NCBI RefSeq assembly: GCF_006345805.1
Contig: NC_043011.1
Span: 64,182,464-64,246,463 of the forward strand
Reading direction: 5' to 3'
Source: Octopus sinensis
Taxonomy: Eukaryota
DNA length: 64,000 bases
The first letter of the stretch is position 1; every line of letters begins with the position of its first letter. Positions 10,950 to 24,069 of this stretch are shown piece by piece. The notes under the pieces were generated by a model, which worked only from the letters and a program-made list of their open reading frames with translations, was not told where the DNA came from and ran no database searches. A program made the position numbers and the translations under genes.

Positions 10950-13900
10950 CACACAAAAGAATATATATATCCACTAACACACACAAAAAATCCAAGCCCC
11001 CTGCAACAGTCAAAACCAGCCACTACACTAACCTCCACATTCCTACTCAATGCACAAGGTGTCAGCCCTTCCATCAATGCACAAAAATGGAAGGTCCAAT
11101 TCATTGAAGACTGGGTTGGTAACCATTCACACCACATCCCTTTCTTCATTCTCACTGAGACCCACCTTGACAACTCCCACTTGGAAGCCGAAGTGAGAGT
11201 GAAGAATTTCACAACCATCCGCGCGGATCGTATCGGCAGGAGGAAGGGTGGAACTGCCATTTTCCTGCATGATTCATTTACGGCAGATGGAAATAGTATA
11301 TTCTCCAACGGCTACTGTGAATCAGTCACCGTGCACAACAAAGCCAATGACCTGACAGTAATTGGGCTCTATAGGCCGCCCCAAACACCCATACTGTGCT
11401 TTAAAGAATGCCTCAACAGCATTAAGTGCTTTATTCAACAGTGCCATTCTAGCAACATACTCATGATGGGAGACTTCAATCTACCCTGTGTTGACTGGAC
11501 TACAAACTGTTTGAAACCAAGCACTCCCGCCTCAACCGCTGACAAAGAAGCAGCAGAGTCACTTTTCGACTTTACGAATGAGTTTTTCTTGTCCCAACTT
11601 GTCCTTGCACCAACAAGACATCAGAACATTTTGGACCTAGTGTTTAGTAACCACACTAACACTATACATAACGTTACAGTGGAAAAAACCCTTCTTTCAG
11701 ACCATGACATGGTTCTCTGTAACATGAAATTCCACCAGCCGAAAGCTAATCCTAGTGACCTTCCTCCAGCCCACCCATTTGACAACATGGATCTCCATAA
11801 AGCCAACTGGGATGCAATCAGGAACGAGCTATCAAATGTTGACTGGTCCTTTACACATACACACATCTCCACCAACCATAAAACATCTTGGCAGATCTTT
11901 GTAGACACCGTCACAGACATATGTGCAAAACACTCCCCACCAAGACCTGTGAACAAAAAGTGCAGAATCCCCCAAAACAGAAAAACCATTATCAGAAAAA
12001 TAAAAAGAACAAACAAAAAAATTAACAAACTAAAGTACTGCCAACAGCAACACACACATTCGACGGCTATCGCACTGCTTGAATCCAAAAAATATAACCT
12101 CCAACAATGCATGAAGACCCTCATCAATAACCAAAGATCAGCTGAGGAGAAGTGGGCCATTGAAAAAATCAAACTCAACCCCAAAGTGTTCTTTTCATTT
12201 GCGAGGAAACGCAGGGTCACTGTCTCCACTGTAGGCCCTCTAATTGACGAAACTGGCACTCTCCAAGATAATGCCAAATCCATGGCCGAGATACTGCAGA
12301 AACAATACTGCTCTGTTTTCAGCAATCCTGATATGGCCGATCTGGGCTGTATCAGTGATGTCAACCCCCAACACACTATATCGGACATAACGTTTAGTGC
12401 CCCTGATGTCTTAGCGGCGATAAACGAAATAAAACACAATTCAGCAGTAGGCCCCGATAGGTTCCCTGCTTGTGTCCTGAAGGTGTGTCGACACCAACTT
12501 GCATCTCCCCTTGCTAATCTGTGGAGAAACTCACTGGATGCTGGCTATATTCCAAAAAACCTTCTGTCCCAGTCTGTTGTCCCAGTTTTCAAAAAGGGAA
12601 ACAAGTCCCTTGCAGTGAATTACCGTCCGATCTCACTCACCTCTCATATCATCAAGGTATTTGAGAGGGTGGTGAGATCTCGAATAACCCAATTTCTGGA
12701 AAGCAACAGACGGCTGATCTCCAACCAACATGGGTTCCGTAATGGAAGGGACTGCCTAACGCAGCTCCTGCATCACTTTGAGGACATTTTGAGAGCTTTG
12801 GGAGAGGGCTCCAACACCGATGTCATCTACCTTGATTTCAGTAAGGCCTTCGACAGGGTCGATCACAAGATCCTATTGAAAAAACTATCCAACATTGGTG
12901 TCTCTGGAAAGTTACTGAAATGGATTAAGTGTTTCCTGACAGACAGATCTCAACATGTTGTAGTTGAAGGGGTAAAATCAAGCCCAGCCAAAGTCAGTAG
13001 TGGCGTTCCGCAAGGCACTGTGCTGGGCCCACTTCTTTTCATCATTTACATTAATGACATTAATGACATCATCAAGCACAGCAACATAAAAATCTTTGCA
13101 GATGACTCCAAGCTACAGAAGGTCATAAATGAGGCGAGTGACCGGACATGCCTTCAGTCAGATCTACTGGCTGTTATCCAATGGGCAGAAAAAACAATAT
13201 GCTGCTGAACGAGGATAAATTTGAGCTAATCCACTTTGGAAAAGAGGATGCCCTGAAACTCCCATACTCCCTTCCTTCAGGTGAAACTCTCGCGGCGTCC
13301 AACAACATCAGAGACTTGGGAGTAATTGTGGACAACAACGTAAGCTGGGCCACTCATATAAACACCAAAGTTGACATGGCCCGCAGAATGTGTTCCTGGA
13401 TTCTCAGAACTTTCCAGTCGAGAGATATCCACACCATTATCCTTCTCTTCTCCACTTTTGCCCGACCCCACCTTGAATACTGTTGTCCACTGTGGTCTCC
13501 CCACACAATACAAGGTATCATAAAAGTTGAAGCACCTCAAAGGGCAATCACAAAAAAGATAGATGGCATGACAGGCCTCGACTATTGGGGTCGACTAGAA
13601 AAGCTAAAACTCTATTCTCTCCAACGTCGTCGTGAGCGCTACATCATCTGCATGATGTGGAAAATATTCCATCAGCATTGCCCAAATGATGTTGGCATCA
13701 CCTTTAAGGTACATCCAAGGCTTGGGCCCCGTGCCATCCGCCCAAAACAAAAATCGCACTCTCATCTCATAACAACAATACGGCACAATTATTTCACCTC
13801 AATTGGCCCCGCTCTCTTTAACATTACACCAAAACGCATTAAAACAGAAACTGATCCTATAGGGTTCAAGAAGTCTTTGGACAGATTCCTTCAAGAAATC

Positions 13901-14071
13901 CCGGATAAACCCCCTACACCCGGATATGTCTCTGTAAACAATAACTCTCTACTTGAGTGGGCCATAGTGCCCAAATTCTGACTTGAAAGACTTCACCAGG
14001 TGGTGCTATTAAGTTAGACATGGCCTGGGCCAATAATGGCCGAAACCTATCAAAGTATCAAAGTATCAAAG

Positions 14072-14075
<4 letters not shown>
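10950..14075 (+). mobile_element. Nearly intact CR1-group LINE ORF2 (APE endonuclease + RT), inserted antisense in intron 1 of peptide gene copy 1
   Basis: APE motifs LTETHL, RADR..RKGG, GDFNLP, PTR..NILDLV and SDH. RT motifs NYRPISLTS, QHGFR, YLDFSKAFD, SGVPQGTVLGPLLF and IFADDSK. One frameshift in an A-run near 13190, and an (ATCAAAGT)x3 tail. Confidence 0.95.
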
Positions 14076-14124
<49 letters not shown>

Positions 14125-14146
14125 TTATAAAAAAATATATATATCC

Positions 14147-14200
<54 letters not shown>

Positions 14201-14522
14201 GTAAGTATATATATATATGCATATACATATGTATATATATATATACCTAAAAATATGTATATATATATATATAAATATATATATATATATTTACATATAT
14301 ATATATGATACGTATATATAAATATATATATATATACATACATATACATAATTGATGTATTAATACACACTTACATGTACATATGTAAATATATTTCAAT
14401 AAATGTTTGTGTGAGTTGTTTGTATGAGGACAATGTTGGAAAGGATACAGAGAAGAGGAAAAAAGTGAAACGTTGTTAGATGTTTGATTTCTTGTGAAAG
14501 ACATTGTAATTCCTATTCTTAC

Positions 14523-14559
14523 CACAAATGAGAAACGCCAGGAAGATGTAGATTTTCAT
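14523..14559 (-). CDS. Secreted Cys-rich peptide gene, copy 1, coding exon 1 (signal peptide MKIYIFLAFLIC+G)
   Basis: Minus strand reads ATG AAA ATC TAC ATC TTC CTG GCG TTT CTC ATT TGT G|GTAAGA: Met-Lys, a hydrophobic run and a strong phase-1 donor. ATG, frame and donor are conserved in all three unit copies. Confidence 0.82.
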
Positions 14560-14584
14560 CGTCGTTATTCTAGTAGTCTTAGGC

Positions 14585-14622
14585 TTTTGAACGCACTTGG
14601 ACACGTAAACTCCTATATAAAT
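14585..14622 (-). promoter_or_regulatory. Candidate TATA/initiator core promoter (or 3' splice site of a 5'-UTR intron) of the peptide gene; paralogs ~34055-34092 and ~58890-58926
   Basis: Minus strand TTTATATAG with a TCA 31 nt downstream of the first TATA base and the ATG ~30 nt further on. The same bases also read as an acceptor (tttttcatttatatag), so the two readings cannot be separated from sequence. Confidence 0.4.
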
Positions 14623-15106
14623 GAAAAACGAAGGTAACACATGTTTTGTTCATAACTGGAATAATTCATATTTGATATGTCACTTGATTTAGTTGCCCAT
14701 GACGTTGAAGGTTAATGATTTACATTCCCTATTAATATGTCAATTTCTTTGAACTTCTTAGTGGGGAGATATATTTCAATTGTAAGTTATATACGGTTAA
14801 AGATAATATATGTGGGTTTCCTGATGTTTTCCGTTGTTCCATGTTGAATCACAAAATTGACCTTATAAACATTACTACTAAACCTGGGTTCATCAAAATT
14901 TAGGAAGAAAACGCATAAACGCCGATTCCCCAAAGAATCGCATGAAATTAACTTGTTGACATTTACTTTGAGGAAATGTATCATAGAATTACTTCGAAAT
15001 TATTTCTATTAGATTATGACGGCAAATTTACTTCGGAATATCAGAAATTTAGAAATATTTTCAAAGAATATAACAGTCAATCTATTTAGGATATTTGATA
15101 GATATA

Positions 15107-15545
15107 CAGGGTGCGAGGGGTAATTTAAAGAGGGTTATTTCGTTTTTAGTCAATTACACCTCTGAATTATATGATGTATCAATTTTTTCATGTAACCATT
15201 TCAAGATATCATACTAACCCAAGAAATGAAAATACATGCAGTCATTGTAGGTATAGATGCAAACCACAGTGATTTAGATATTAGGAACTGTCTAAAGGTT
15301 GCAAAATCACTAGAAATTAAGTTCGATTGGAATTGGAGATATTTAATATTATTGTTTTACCTGTCTGAAAGTGCAAATAATATTCACAACGCTCAGACAT
15401 TAAAAGGAATTTATAAATCGTTTTGAAAACATTATCAATGAAAACACCTGAAGAACAATGAGGTCAATTGGTAAAGAACTTCAGATGTCAGAATGGACTA
15501 TCAGAAATGTGGTACATCGTGAGTAATGAGGAAAAGCTAATTCTT
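15107..15545 (+). mobile_element. 5' half of the maT-type transposon, copy 1 (truncated at a rearrangement junction)
   Basis: Matches 34610-35045, then switches abruptly to the inverted mariner fragment. Confidence 0.82.
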
Positions 15546-15546
15546 T

Positions 15547-15767
15547 GCGTCCTTTCAAATACAAAAATCGGATCACTGCTCGACACTCAACAGGCTCCAT
15601 TTCATACTTGACTCAGTTCAAACACATGTAAATCAGGAACCGCAGTTAGTCCAGAGCTGTAATTTGCCACGTAATCGATAGAGGTATGCATAATTGCACA
15701 TCCAAAATTTCAGCTAGATCAAATAAATGCAAGTGGGTCAGAAGCATTATTTATTGAACGTCCCTCG
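15547..15767 (-). mobile_element. 5' fragment of a second mariner element
   Basis: TA|CGAGGGACGTTCAATAAAATAATG terminal repeat, followed by MEPVECRAVIRFLYLKGRK (mariner N-terminus). Inserted at a TA of the inverted R4 fragment. Confidence 0.78.
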
Positions 15768-15769
15768 TA

Positions 15770-15912
15770 TCAAAATCCTCTTTATAGTCTATCCAGGCTA
15801 TTGATAAGTTTTTTTCTCGTTTGTGACAATCTTCTAATATCATCTTATTGATGAGTAGCTGATCTTTACAACCATAGGATCCACGTTTACATACTTTCTG
15901 TTCACTATTCTA
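15770..15912 (-). mobile_element. Inverted 5' fragment of the family B R4/Dong LINE
   Basis: Reverse complement matches 24070-24215 and 38507-38625, including the same 5' truncation point next to (TAA)n. Confidence 0.8.
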
Positions 15913-16003
15913 TTATTATTGTTATTATTATTATTATAAATATGATTTTTATTATTATTATTATTATTATTAATAATATTATTATTATTATTATGATTAT
16001 TAA

Positions 16004-16081
<78 letters not shown>
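15913..16081. repeat. (ATT)n/(TAA)n microsatellite between two R4/Dong fragments
   Basis: Direct inspection. Similar tracts at 23968-24069, 38060-38133 and 38400-38507. Confidence 0.97.
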
Positions 16082-16084
<3 letters not shown>

Positions 16085-16085
<1 letters not shown>

Positions 16086-18595
16086 TAGTTTTATTTTATG
16101 GCGTGCTTTCACTTCACTACCGAGCGCAGCTCTTTGTGACTTGGGTATGTGCTGTCATTTGTTGTGATCCTCAGATGGTTATTGTATGGAAAGTGTTCTG
16201 CGTAAGATGTGTGCAGTGCCTAGTAGTGCAATCTTCTGTATGGTATATGTGTTTGTAAGTCCTGGTGTTTTTGTTATGTATTTGTCTGAAAATAATGCAC
16301 CTACTATGATAGGGAATGTTTTTTTTTTGTTAGATTCCACATTCTGGTTATCACTATTTCCAGGTCTTTGTATTTTGAAGGTTTCCCCATTTATTTTAGA
16401 GACACGTTGTCATCTGCCGGTATTGGTACATCGATTAAAAATCATTTTTTTCTTCATGATCTCTGACAACTATATCTGGTATGTTGGCATTAATTTCTCT
16501 ATGTGTGTATCGACATATCCCAAAGTATGGTTGCTTTCTCGTTTTCTGTGCCCTTTTCTGGTCTGTGACTATACCATCCATTTTCTGTTATTATTCCATA
16601 ATGGTGGCATAACTTTCAGTGTATGCAGGTTCCAACTCTGTCATGTCTGTGAATATATTCCTTCTTAGCCAGGGCTGGTCAGCCAGAGATAACATGATTT
16701 ATTCTTTCAAGTCCATCTCCACATATTCTGCAGTTACTTGTTATATTTCTTTTCATTACATGTCTTTGGTAATTTCTGGTGGGGAGGCTTTGGTCTTGTG
16801 CTGCAATTAAAAATTCCTCTGTCTCTGCTTTGAGTCCTGAGCCTCTCTACAATTCCTGGGATTCTTCTTTGTCTTTTTATTTTGCATTTAGTTTAGTCCA
16901 GTATTTACCACGAAGGGGCTTTTCTTGCCATCGTTTTATCATGGTTCTTTGCTGTTCTATTTTTTAGTTTGGATTTCATTTGTTTTATAGCTTTTGTTGT
17001 TTCTTCATCTTCTTCTTCTTCATTTTAATTTTTATTAGGTGGTATGATTTCTCGATTGTGTTTGTCAGCTTCCTTAAATACAGAGAACAGTTTTTTGTTT
17101 TGCTCGTGTTTTGACGCTATTTGTATCAGTTTTCCCTCCTTCTGAAGTAGTTATATTTGCAGTCCTATGTTGATTATTTTATAGTAGTTTTCCAGTTGTA
17201 TAAGGCCTCTACCCCCAACTATATGTTGTATATATAGTCTTTCTATGTCAGATTTTGGGTGATGCATCCTAGATCCTGTCATTATTTTTCTTGTTTTCCT
17301 ATCTATTTGGGTCAGTTCATTCAGTTTCCAGTTAAGGATATTGTATCTGTAACTTATAACTGTGACAGAGAAAGTGTTAATACCTATTATGTTGTTTTTA
17401 GCATTGAGCGATGTTTTTAGTATTGATCTAACTCGTCTATAATATTCTTTTTTTTATTTTATCTTTCATTTGTGTGTATTGTGTCTTGTCTAGTTCATGG
17501 ATTTCTAAGTATTTGTAAGTTTGGCTGTGGTCTGATTCTTTTATTTCATTGGTTTTATCTAGTATGATGTTGCTACACTTAACTAGTTTTCCTCTTTTCA
17601 GAGTTACTTTGGCTAATTTTTCTAATCCAAATTTCATTCTTTGGTAAATCCATGAACTGCATTTAATAGCGTTTCCAGCTGTTTGTCATTTGCACCGTAC
17701 AGTTTTAGGTGGCTGATCGTTTTGCTATAACATTTATATTCGCATCCAGTACTATTTAGCATATCAGATAGAGGTGACAGTGCCACGCAGAAAAGGTGTG
17801 GAGAGAGTGCGTCTCCCTGGAATATTTCACTTCTAAAGGGGATGTCTTTGGTTTTCATGAGTCCCCCTTTTTTTTCTTTGGAGCTGTAGCACTGTTTGCA
17901 ATTTATTCATAGTGCCCTATGAATTTTGTAATTGTTGGTGCTACTTTGTTAATGGTTAGTGTTTCGAGGATCCATGTGTGGGGGATGCTATCAAACGCCT
18001 TTTTATAGTCGATCCAGGCCATACTGAGGCGGTTCTTCTTTCTGTGACTGTATTCAGTTATGGCTTTATTAATCATTAGTTGATCTTTACAGCCATATGA
18101 GCCTTTGCGGCATCATTTCTGCTTTTCTGGAAACAGGTTGTTTTCGTCCACGTGCTTGTTCAACCTTTCCGATATCCCTGCAGTAATAAATGCCATGTAC
18201 ATTGTAGGGAGACAGCTTATTGGTCTGTAGTTTTCTGGTTTTGCTGTCTCATTTAATTTGGGAATTAAGATGGTTTTCGCCTTCGTGAGCCATTCAGGCC
18301 TTCTCTCTGGCTCTGCTAGCGTGTTGTTAAAGTTTTCAGCCAGCTTTTTGTGCATTCCTGTTAGATATTTCAACCAGAAGTTGGGGTTCTTGTCATGCCC
18401 AGGTGCCTTCCAGTTGTTTAGTCTTTGCAGTGCCTGGGGAACCTCTTCAGTTGTTATGGGGGTCTAAAGTTGCTCAGATGCTGAGATTGTTGCTTTAATA
18501 CTCCTTTTTTTTTGGTTGTTCGTTCGCCGACCATATTTCTCTCCAGAATTCTTCAGCTTTTTCTGCCGTTGGTGCTGCAGAGATTTCTATTAAAA
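16085..18595 (-). mobile_element. Decayed R4/Dong-type LINE, family C
   Basis: [43 protein letters not shown] and YKYL in ORFs 18113-18373, 17634-17858 and 17437-17637. The 3' end abuts (TAA)n at 15913-16081. Confidence 0.87.
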
Positions 18596-18764
18596 AATTA
18601 TAGTAACCCCTCGAGATACCATAAAATACTTTCCCAAATTACTCGTTTACTTATAAGCTAAAACTAGTGATCAAAACCAATGTCTCGTAAAATACTTATC
18701 ATAATTTGGGCTATAACTGTACATGCGTATGCATATTTATTTTTTAAATATTTTTTTATGTAGT

Positions 18765-19918
18765 TTCAGCTCACTAGCTGTGGCCATGCAGGGACACCGC
18801 CATTTGGTGTTGCTACCTCATTTTACTTCACGAATGATTTTTAGCAATTGCCATTTGGTGCATGAATAAGTTCGATGCAGCTGCCCTCATCTGCAACTCC
18901 TGCCGTAAAGTTGGTTCATCTGGTACACCTGACAAGAAGAGATCCAGCTTTATTTTAAAGACATCTGCATCCACCTCATGCAGGTCTCTTAAGTTATTCG
19001 GGAGGATATTGAAGAGCCGTGGGCCTCGGAGGCCCAGGCTATCATAGTATCATGTCCTACATCTTGATGGAAAATTTGGAGTCCTTGGCACTATGCAGTG
19101 TCGCCCAGTTCTAGCATTTGTGTAACTCTCGATGCCAAAGTTTGGGACAAGTCCTTCTATGATCTTCCAGATGTATATTATGGCATATCTTTCACGCCGA
19201 AACTCTATGGAATAGAGTCTCAATCTCTTGAGTCTTTCCCAATAGCTTATATGCTGCACAGAGGATATCTTCTTCGTGTAGCTTCGTTGGATCGCCTCAA
19301 GTTCTGTGATTAACTTGACACTGGATGGTGACCATTGCTGAGAGCAATGGTCAAAATGTCTTGGGACAAGTGCCCTCCAGAGGACCATCATGGTTTCCTG
19401 GTCTCTTGTTCTAAAGGATCTAAGAATCCATCCCGTCAGCCGCCTACATTTCATTGCCAATTTAGCAACATGCTCATGAAAGGTTGCACCATCTCTCATG
19501 TAAATACCCAGTTCTCGCACTGACTGTGCCTCTGGGATTGCAATCCCTCCAGGTCCAGTGTATTTATTGGGTATTGCATTTAATTTTGCATGCTGTTAGC
19601 ATCAAGCTTGAATCTTTTCAGCATTGAACTGCATCCTATTCTTTTCAGGTCACTTGTATATTTTGTCCAGCTCAAATTGCAGGTGCATAGTGTCTTCAGG
19701 GTTCTGTATTGCCTGTGAAACTTTTGTATCATCTGCATAACTTTTGATCATTGCTCTCTGCGTGGCTGAGGGCATGTCTGAGAGGGCCATTATAAACAGT
19801 AGGGTCCCAAAACAGTGCCTTGCGGAACACCGCACACTATTTGCATGTTAATGGAAGAGGACCCATTGGCTACTACCACCTGACTTCTATCCTTCAAAAA
19901 GTCGTGAAGCCATTCTCC
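18765..19918 (-). mobile_element. 5'-truncated, frameshifted CR1-group LINE fragment
   Basis: GVPQGTVLGP, YADDTKV, RDLG-like MRELGIYM and LKRLRLYSIEFRRERY in ORFs 19790-20065, 19650-19835 and 19050-19520. Confidence 0.88.
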
Positions 19919-20699
19919 CAATATATATACATACAATACACAATACATACACATATATACACACCCACACACACACATATAAATTAATATATATACATTT
20001 ACATTTATATACACGTACATAAACATATACACATACATACATACACACACAAACACATATATCATATGAATAAATACGTATATAACTGTCTATATTCAAA
20101 CTTCGATACAAACATAGAGGTAAACATTTAGTTAAATCCATTTATTCTAACTTACTAATATATACTTCTATATCAAATAAAATTGATTAAATAAACATCC
20201 AAATAAACCTACTTCAAATATAAAGAGATTACATACATCTAGATTAATTTTTAAAAATTATAACAGAAATATAACAAAATATAAACTTAACTTTATTATA
20301 ATATAAATATATATATATTATATATCATATTATCAATACACAAAATAGACACTATTCAATAATAAATTAATCTAATTAAATAGCTAACTAAATTAATATA
20401 TCGATAGTTCAAATGCATTGTTCTATAATAGAATAAGTTATCATTATTAAAAATGTTTCCTATACTTACAATATTATAACCTTTCAAACTCTATATTCAA
20501 AAACCATTAAATATTTAGTAATACAATAAACGACTAAATATAATCTACCTATAAGTAAATAAAGAACCTAAATAACAATAATAAACTAAGACAAAACCTC
20601 ATAAAAAATTAGAAACACAACACTATTATGAAGTATTATATTTATAAAATTAATAACATATAACATTATTTATTTAATATAATATATAACAAACAAATT

Positions 20700-22300
20700 T
20701 TTATCATGTAATAAGTATTATAAAATCACCTACTAAATATTATAAATCACCTTCCAAAGTATTCACTAAATTATCATGGTTATAAAATAAAATTTCCTTA
20801 AACTCAGTTGAACATAAATAACAATAATTTCATCCTATTCTATATCATTTAGCCTTACTTATTATTTCCTACGTTAAATCATAATTAATATTTTGGGATT
20901 TAAGTCCCCATATGTACTTGCTAAGTCCAGTTGAGTTAAGTACGATTTTATTTTTAAATGAATGCATATGCGGTGTGATTCTTAATTTTATTTTAGAGGA
21001 AGTGGACCCTATATATATCGTGTTTAAGTTATTATTATTCCTATTATTCTGATTAAGTAATGTAACTATACATTTATACACTACATCGTTGATATCACAT
21101 TTATTTATTTAATTTGCATTTAGTTTTAACTCTACATGTACAGTTAATAAGTGTCTTATCTTTATTATTATTGGTATTATTATAAAATTTATTTTAAAAA
21201 ATAATTCAGTTTAAATTTGTTAAAAGAGAAAATGATGTTACCTACACTATTAGTGGTAGAATAACCTACTCCAAAGTTATTACGAGAGAAAATGTTTTTA
21301 TATTTAGGATTATCATGAATAAATTGTTCAATAATATCTAAAATCACTTTAATAATGTTCATTTTAATGTAAGCACCATAAGGAACAATTAACCAAATTT
21401 TATGCTTATTTTTCTTCTTCTTATTATTATTATCACTATCATACTTAATCATGTTATTATAACCATTATTATTACCATTACTATTATTATATTTCTTTAT
21501 AATATTATTAGATATAAAATTATAATTATAATTAACATTTAATGAATTATTAAAGTTATTATATTTTTTTAATTATATTATGTTTATTTTTATAATTACT
21601 AAAATTACTACTAATATTACTAACAAAATTATCATATTATTATTAATATTTTTATCTTTATTATTAATAGTTTTATCTTTATTTTTGATAAAAAATGTAA
21701 TATTACTATTATAACCTGCCTCTCTAAGGGCATCCTTGTAATAAGGTGCATGTTTATTAAAACTCTCTAGATCATAAGAAAAATGATGATCTACGTTACT
21801 TATATTATTAATCAACGATTTTTTAATTGATGGTGGGTGATTACTATTAACATTTATATATCTAAGGTTTTCATTGAGTTTATGATATGGTTGTGTTTTA
21901 CCCGTAATTAGATTAAAATTAACATCTAAATAATTAACAATAAAATTCTCATTATATATAGAAATACATAAACCATATCTTTTAAAGAAACTATAAAGTT
22001 TTTTCTTATGTAATTCTAGGTTCTTATTATTGCAATTTTTAATAATTAATAGAAGTTCAGTATATATAAGCTAAGTATATATTTATATTTAAGATTTCTA
22101 ATTTTTAAAGTTTAAATATTTTATAAGTCTTATGGTATAATATTATTGTTTTTCTATGTAAATATTGATGTTTATGTAATGATCTAATTATCGTATTTTT
22201 TCTATATAATTATTAAATATTAACTTTACGTTTATTCGTAAGACTTTACTTAGCCATAGAAATACATTATTCGTTAACAATTATACGAGTTGCTTAAAGT
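20700..22300 (-). mobile_element. Extremely AT-rich Penelope-like element relic (RT thumb + GIY-YIG)
   Basis: VNYLDVNFNL..PYHKLN..YINVNSNHPPSI, YKDALREAGY, KIWLIVPY..IFSRNNFGVGYS, YKCIV..IYIGST..R...H, CYLC. The YRDD region is unrecognisable. Confidence 0.8.
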
Positions 22301-22984
22301 TAGGTTTTATGTATATACATGTATTGATAGCATTAAATTTAGTCTTAAATAACTATATTTGCTGATAGTTATTTTATATTTATTATGATTATTATTATAA
22401 CTTTTATATTGTCCTTTTAAATCGATAACTGCTAGTAATATTCTTCCTATTGAGAAATGTTTTTGTAGTATGTATTTGATACTATATAACTAGGAATTGA
22501 TTTTTTTAATATTTTATTTTAACTATACTATTTTGAAAGTTATTAGTTAGCCAACGAGATATATAGATAGTTAATTTGCTATAGCGTTCGTTTAAGATTG
22601 TTGGTTTGTATTTTTTTGCAATTAGTTATTTCATCTGTAATATTTTAATATTTCTATTAGTAATGATGAATAATTAATTTATTAGGTATTTATTATACGT
22701 GCATATATATTTATTTATAGAAATAATTTTAGATCTTAATACTAATATTTATATATATTTATATATTTTCATTGATAATTTATATATTATTCAAATATTA
22801 TATATTTAATAATATGAATAGTCATATTTTAGTAAAATATTTATGTAATTAGATATTGACTATAACTGATATTAGATTATTTTATATATTTTTTAATAAT
22901 TAATCTTATTTCTATGTATTGGTCTATGATTTTCCCTGTTTGATTTGCTTAATAGGTGTTTTGTCTCTAATTTAATATAATTTT

Positions 22985-23265
<281 letters not shown>

Positions 23266-23469
23266 GCACATTTTGTTGTCCAGGCAGAAGAGGTGTATAC
23301 CGAATCGGTGTGTGTTTGGCTTGTCATTAAGGCATTGAAAGTGAACGTAGGAGATGTGTTTGTTTGCTCAGAATCAACATTCTGACCTGACTTTGTTTCT
23401 TTGTTCTTCGAATGAACATATTTATCATATCGTAGGCTGATAGATCTAACATCGCCTTTATCTCTACTC

Positions 23470-23870
23470 AGGTGACATACTGTTCAGGAAAGTTAATAAG
23501 AAAATATTGTTTCCGGGGCCTCTTTGCCCCTTTAATACTTCTATTATGCTTGATCCCCTCAATTTAGTATTATGGCAGGGTATCATTTGAGGTATATTAA
23601 TGTACAATTCTACGATTTGGTTTTCATGGATGATAAGAACCATTTTAGAATCAATGGAAAGCAGATCAAAAACTTAATGCAGACTGAAATATGCTGCACC
23701 AAAATTGTAGGTATCGAAATTGGCATAGAGATTTGGGCAATATTAGTCCTGAAAAGGGGAAGGTATTAATAGCGAAGTCATCCAATTACCAGATTATCAG
23801 AGATTACAATAATGGAAGGAAGTAAAGAGTTGTAAGCATCGAGGAGTATTGGTATCTGACTGATATTTAG
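23470..23870 (+). mobile_element. Old R4/Dong-like RT relic (family A); paralog 37600-38005
   Basis: LVFMDD, GIEIG..KRG and YKH.GVL relics of RT motifs (ORFs 23572-23769 and 37716-37913). Confidence 0.6.
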
Positions 23871-23972
23871 GAGGGTTTTTCCTGTCTATGTTTACTTGTT
23901 GTATTCCGATGTTATGACGTTTTCTGTTCTAACAGTCTAATCTGTCTAATGTATATGAAAAAAAAGATAATA

Positions 23973-24037
<65 letters not shown>

Positions 24038-24069
24038 CATAATAATAATAATTATAATATTAATAATAA

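Larger units (their letters stand above)
1..15545. repeat. Tandem segmental duplication, unit copy 1 (starts before the window)
   Basis: Collinear with 24300-35045 and 38750-59865 at roughly 90-96% identity (hand-sampled). Includes a copy-specific CR1 insertion. Confidence 0.93.

Noticed and set aside
21573-22970. Non-standard genetic code (TAA/TAG read-through) to explain stops in the AT-rich Penelope relic
   Set aside because: The conserved part reads open in the standard code. Upstream stops coincide with frameshifts and loss of the catalytic motif rather than with conserved Gln/Trp positions.
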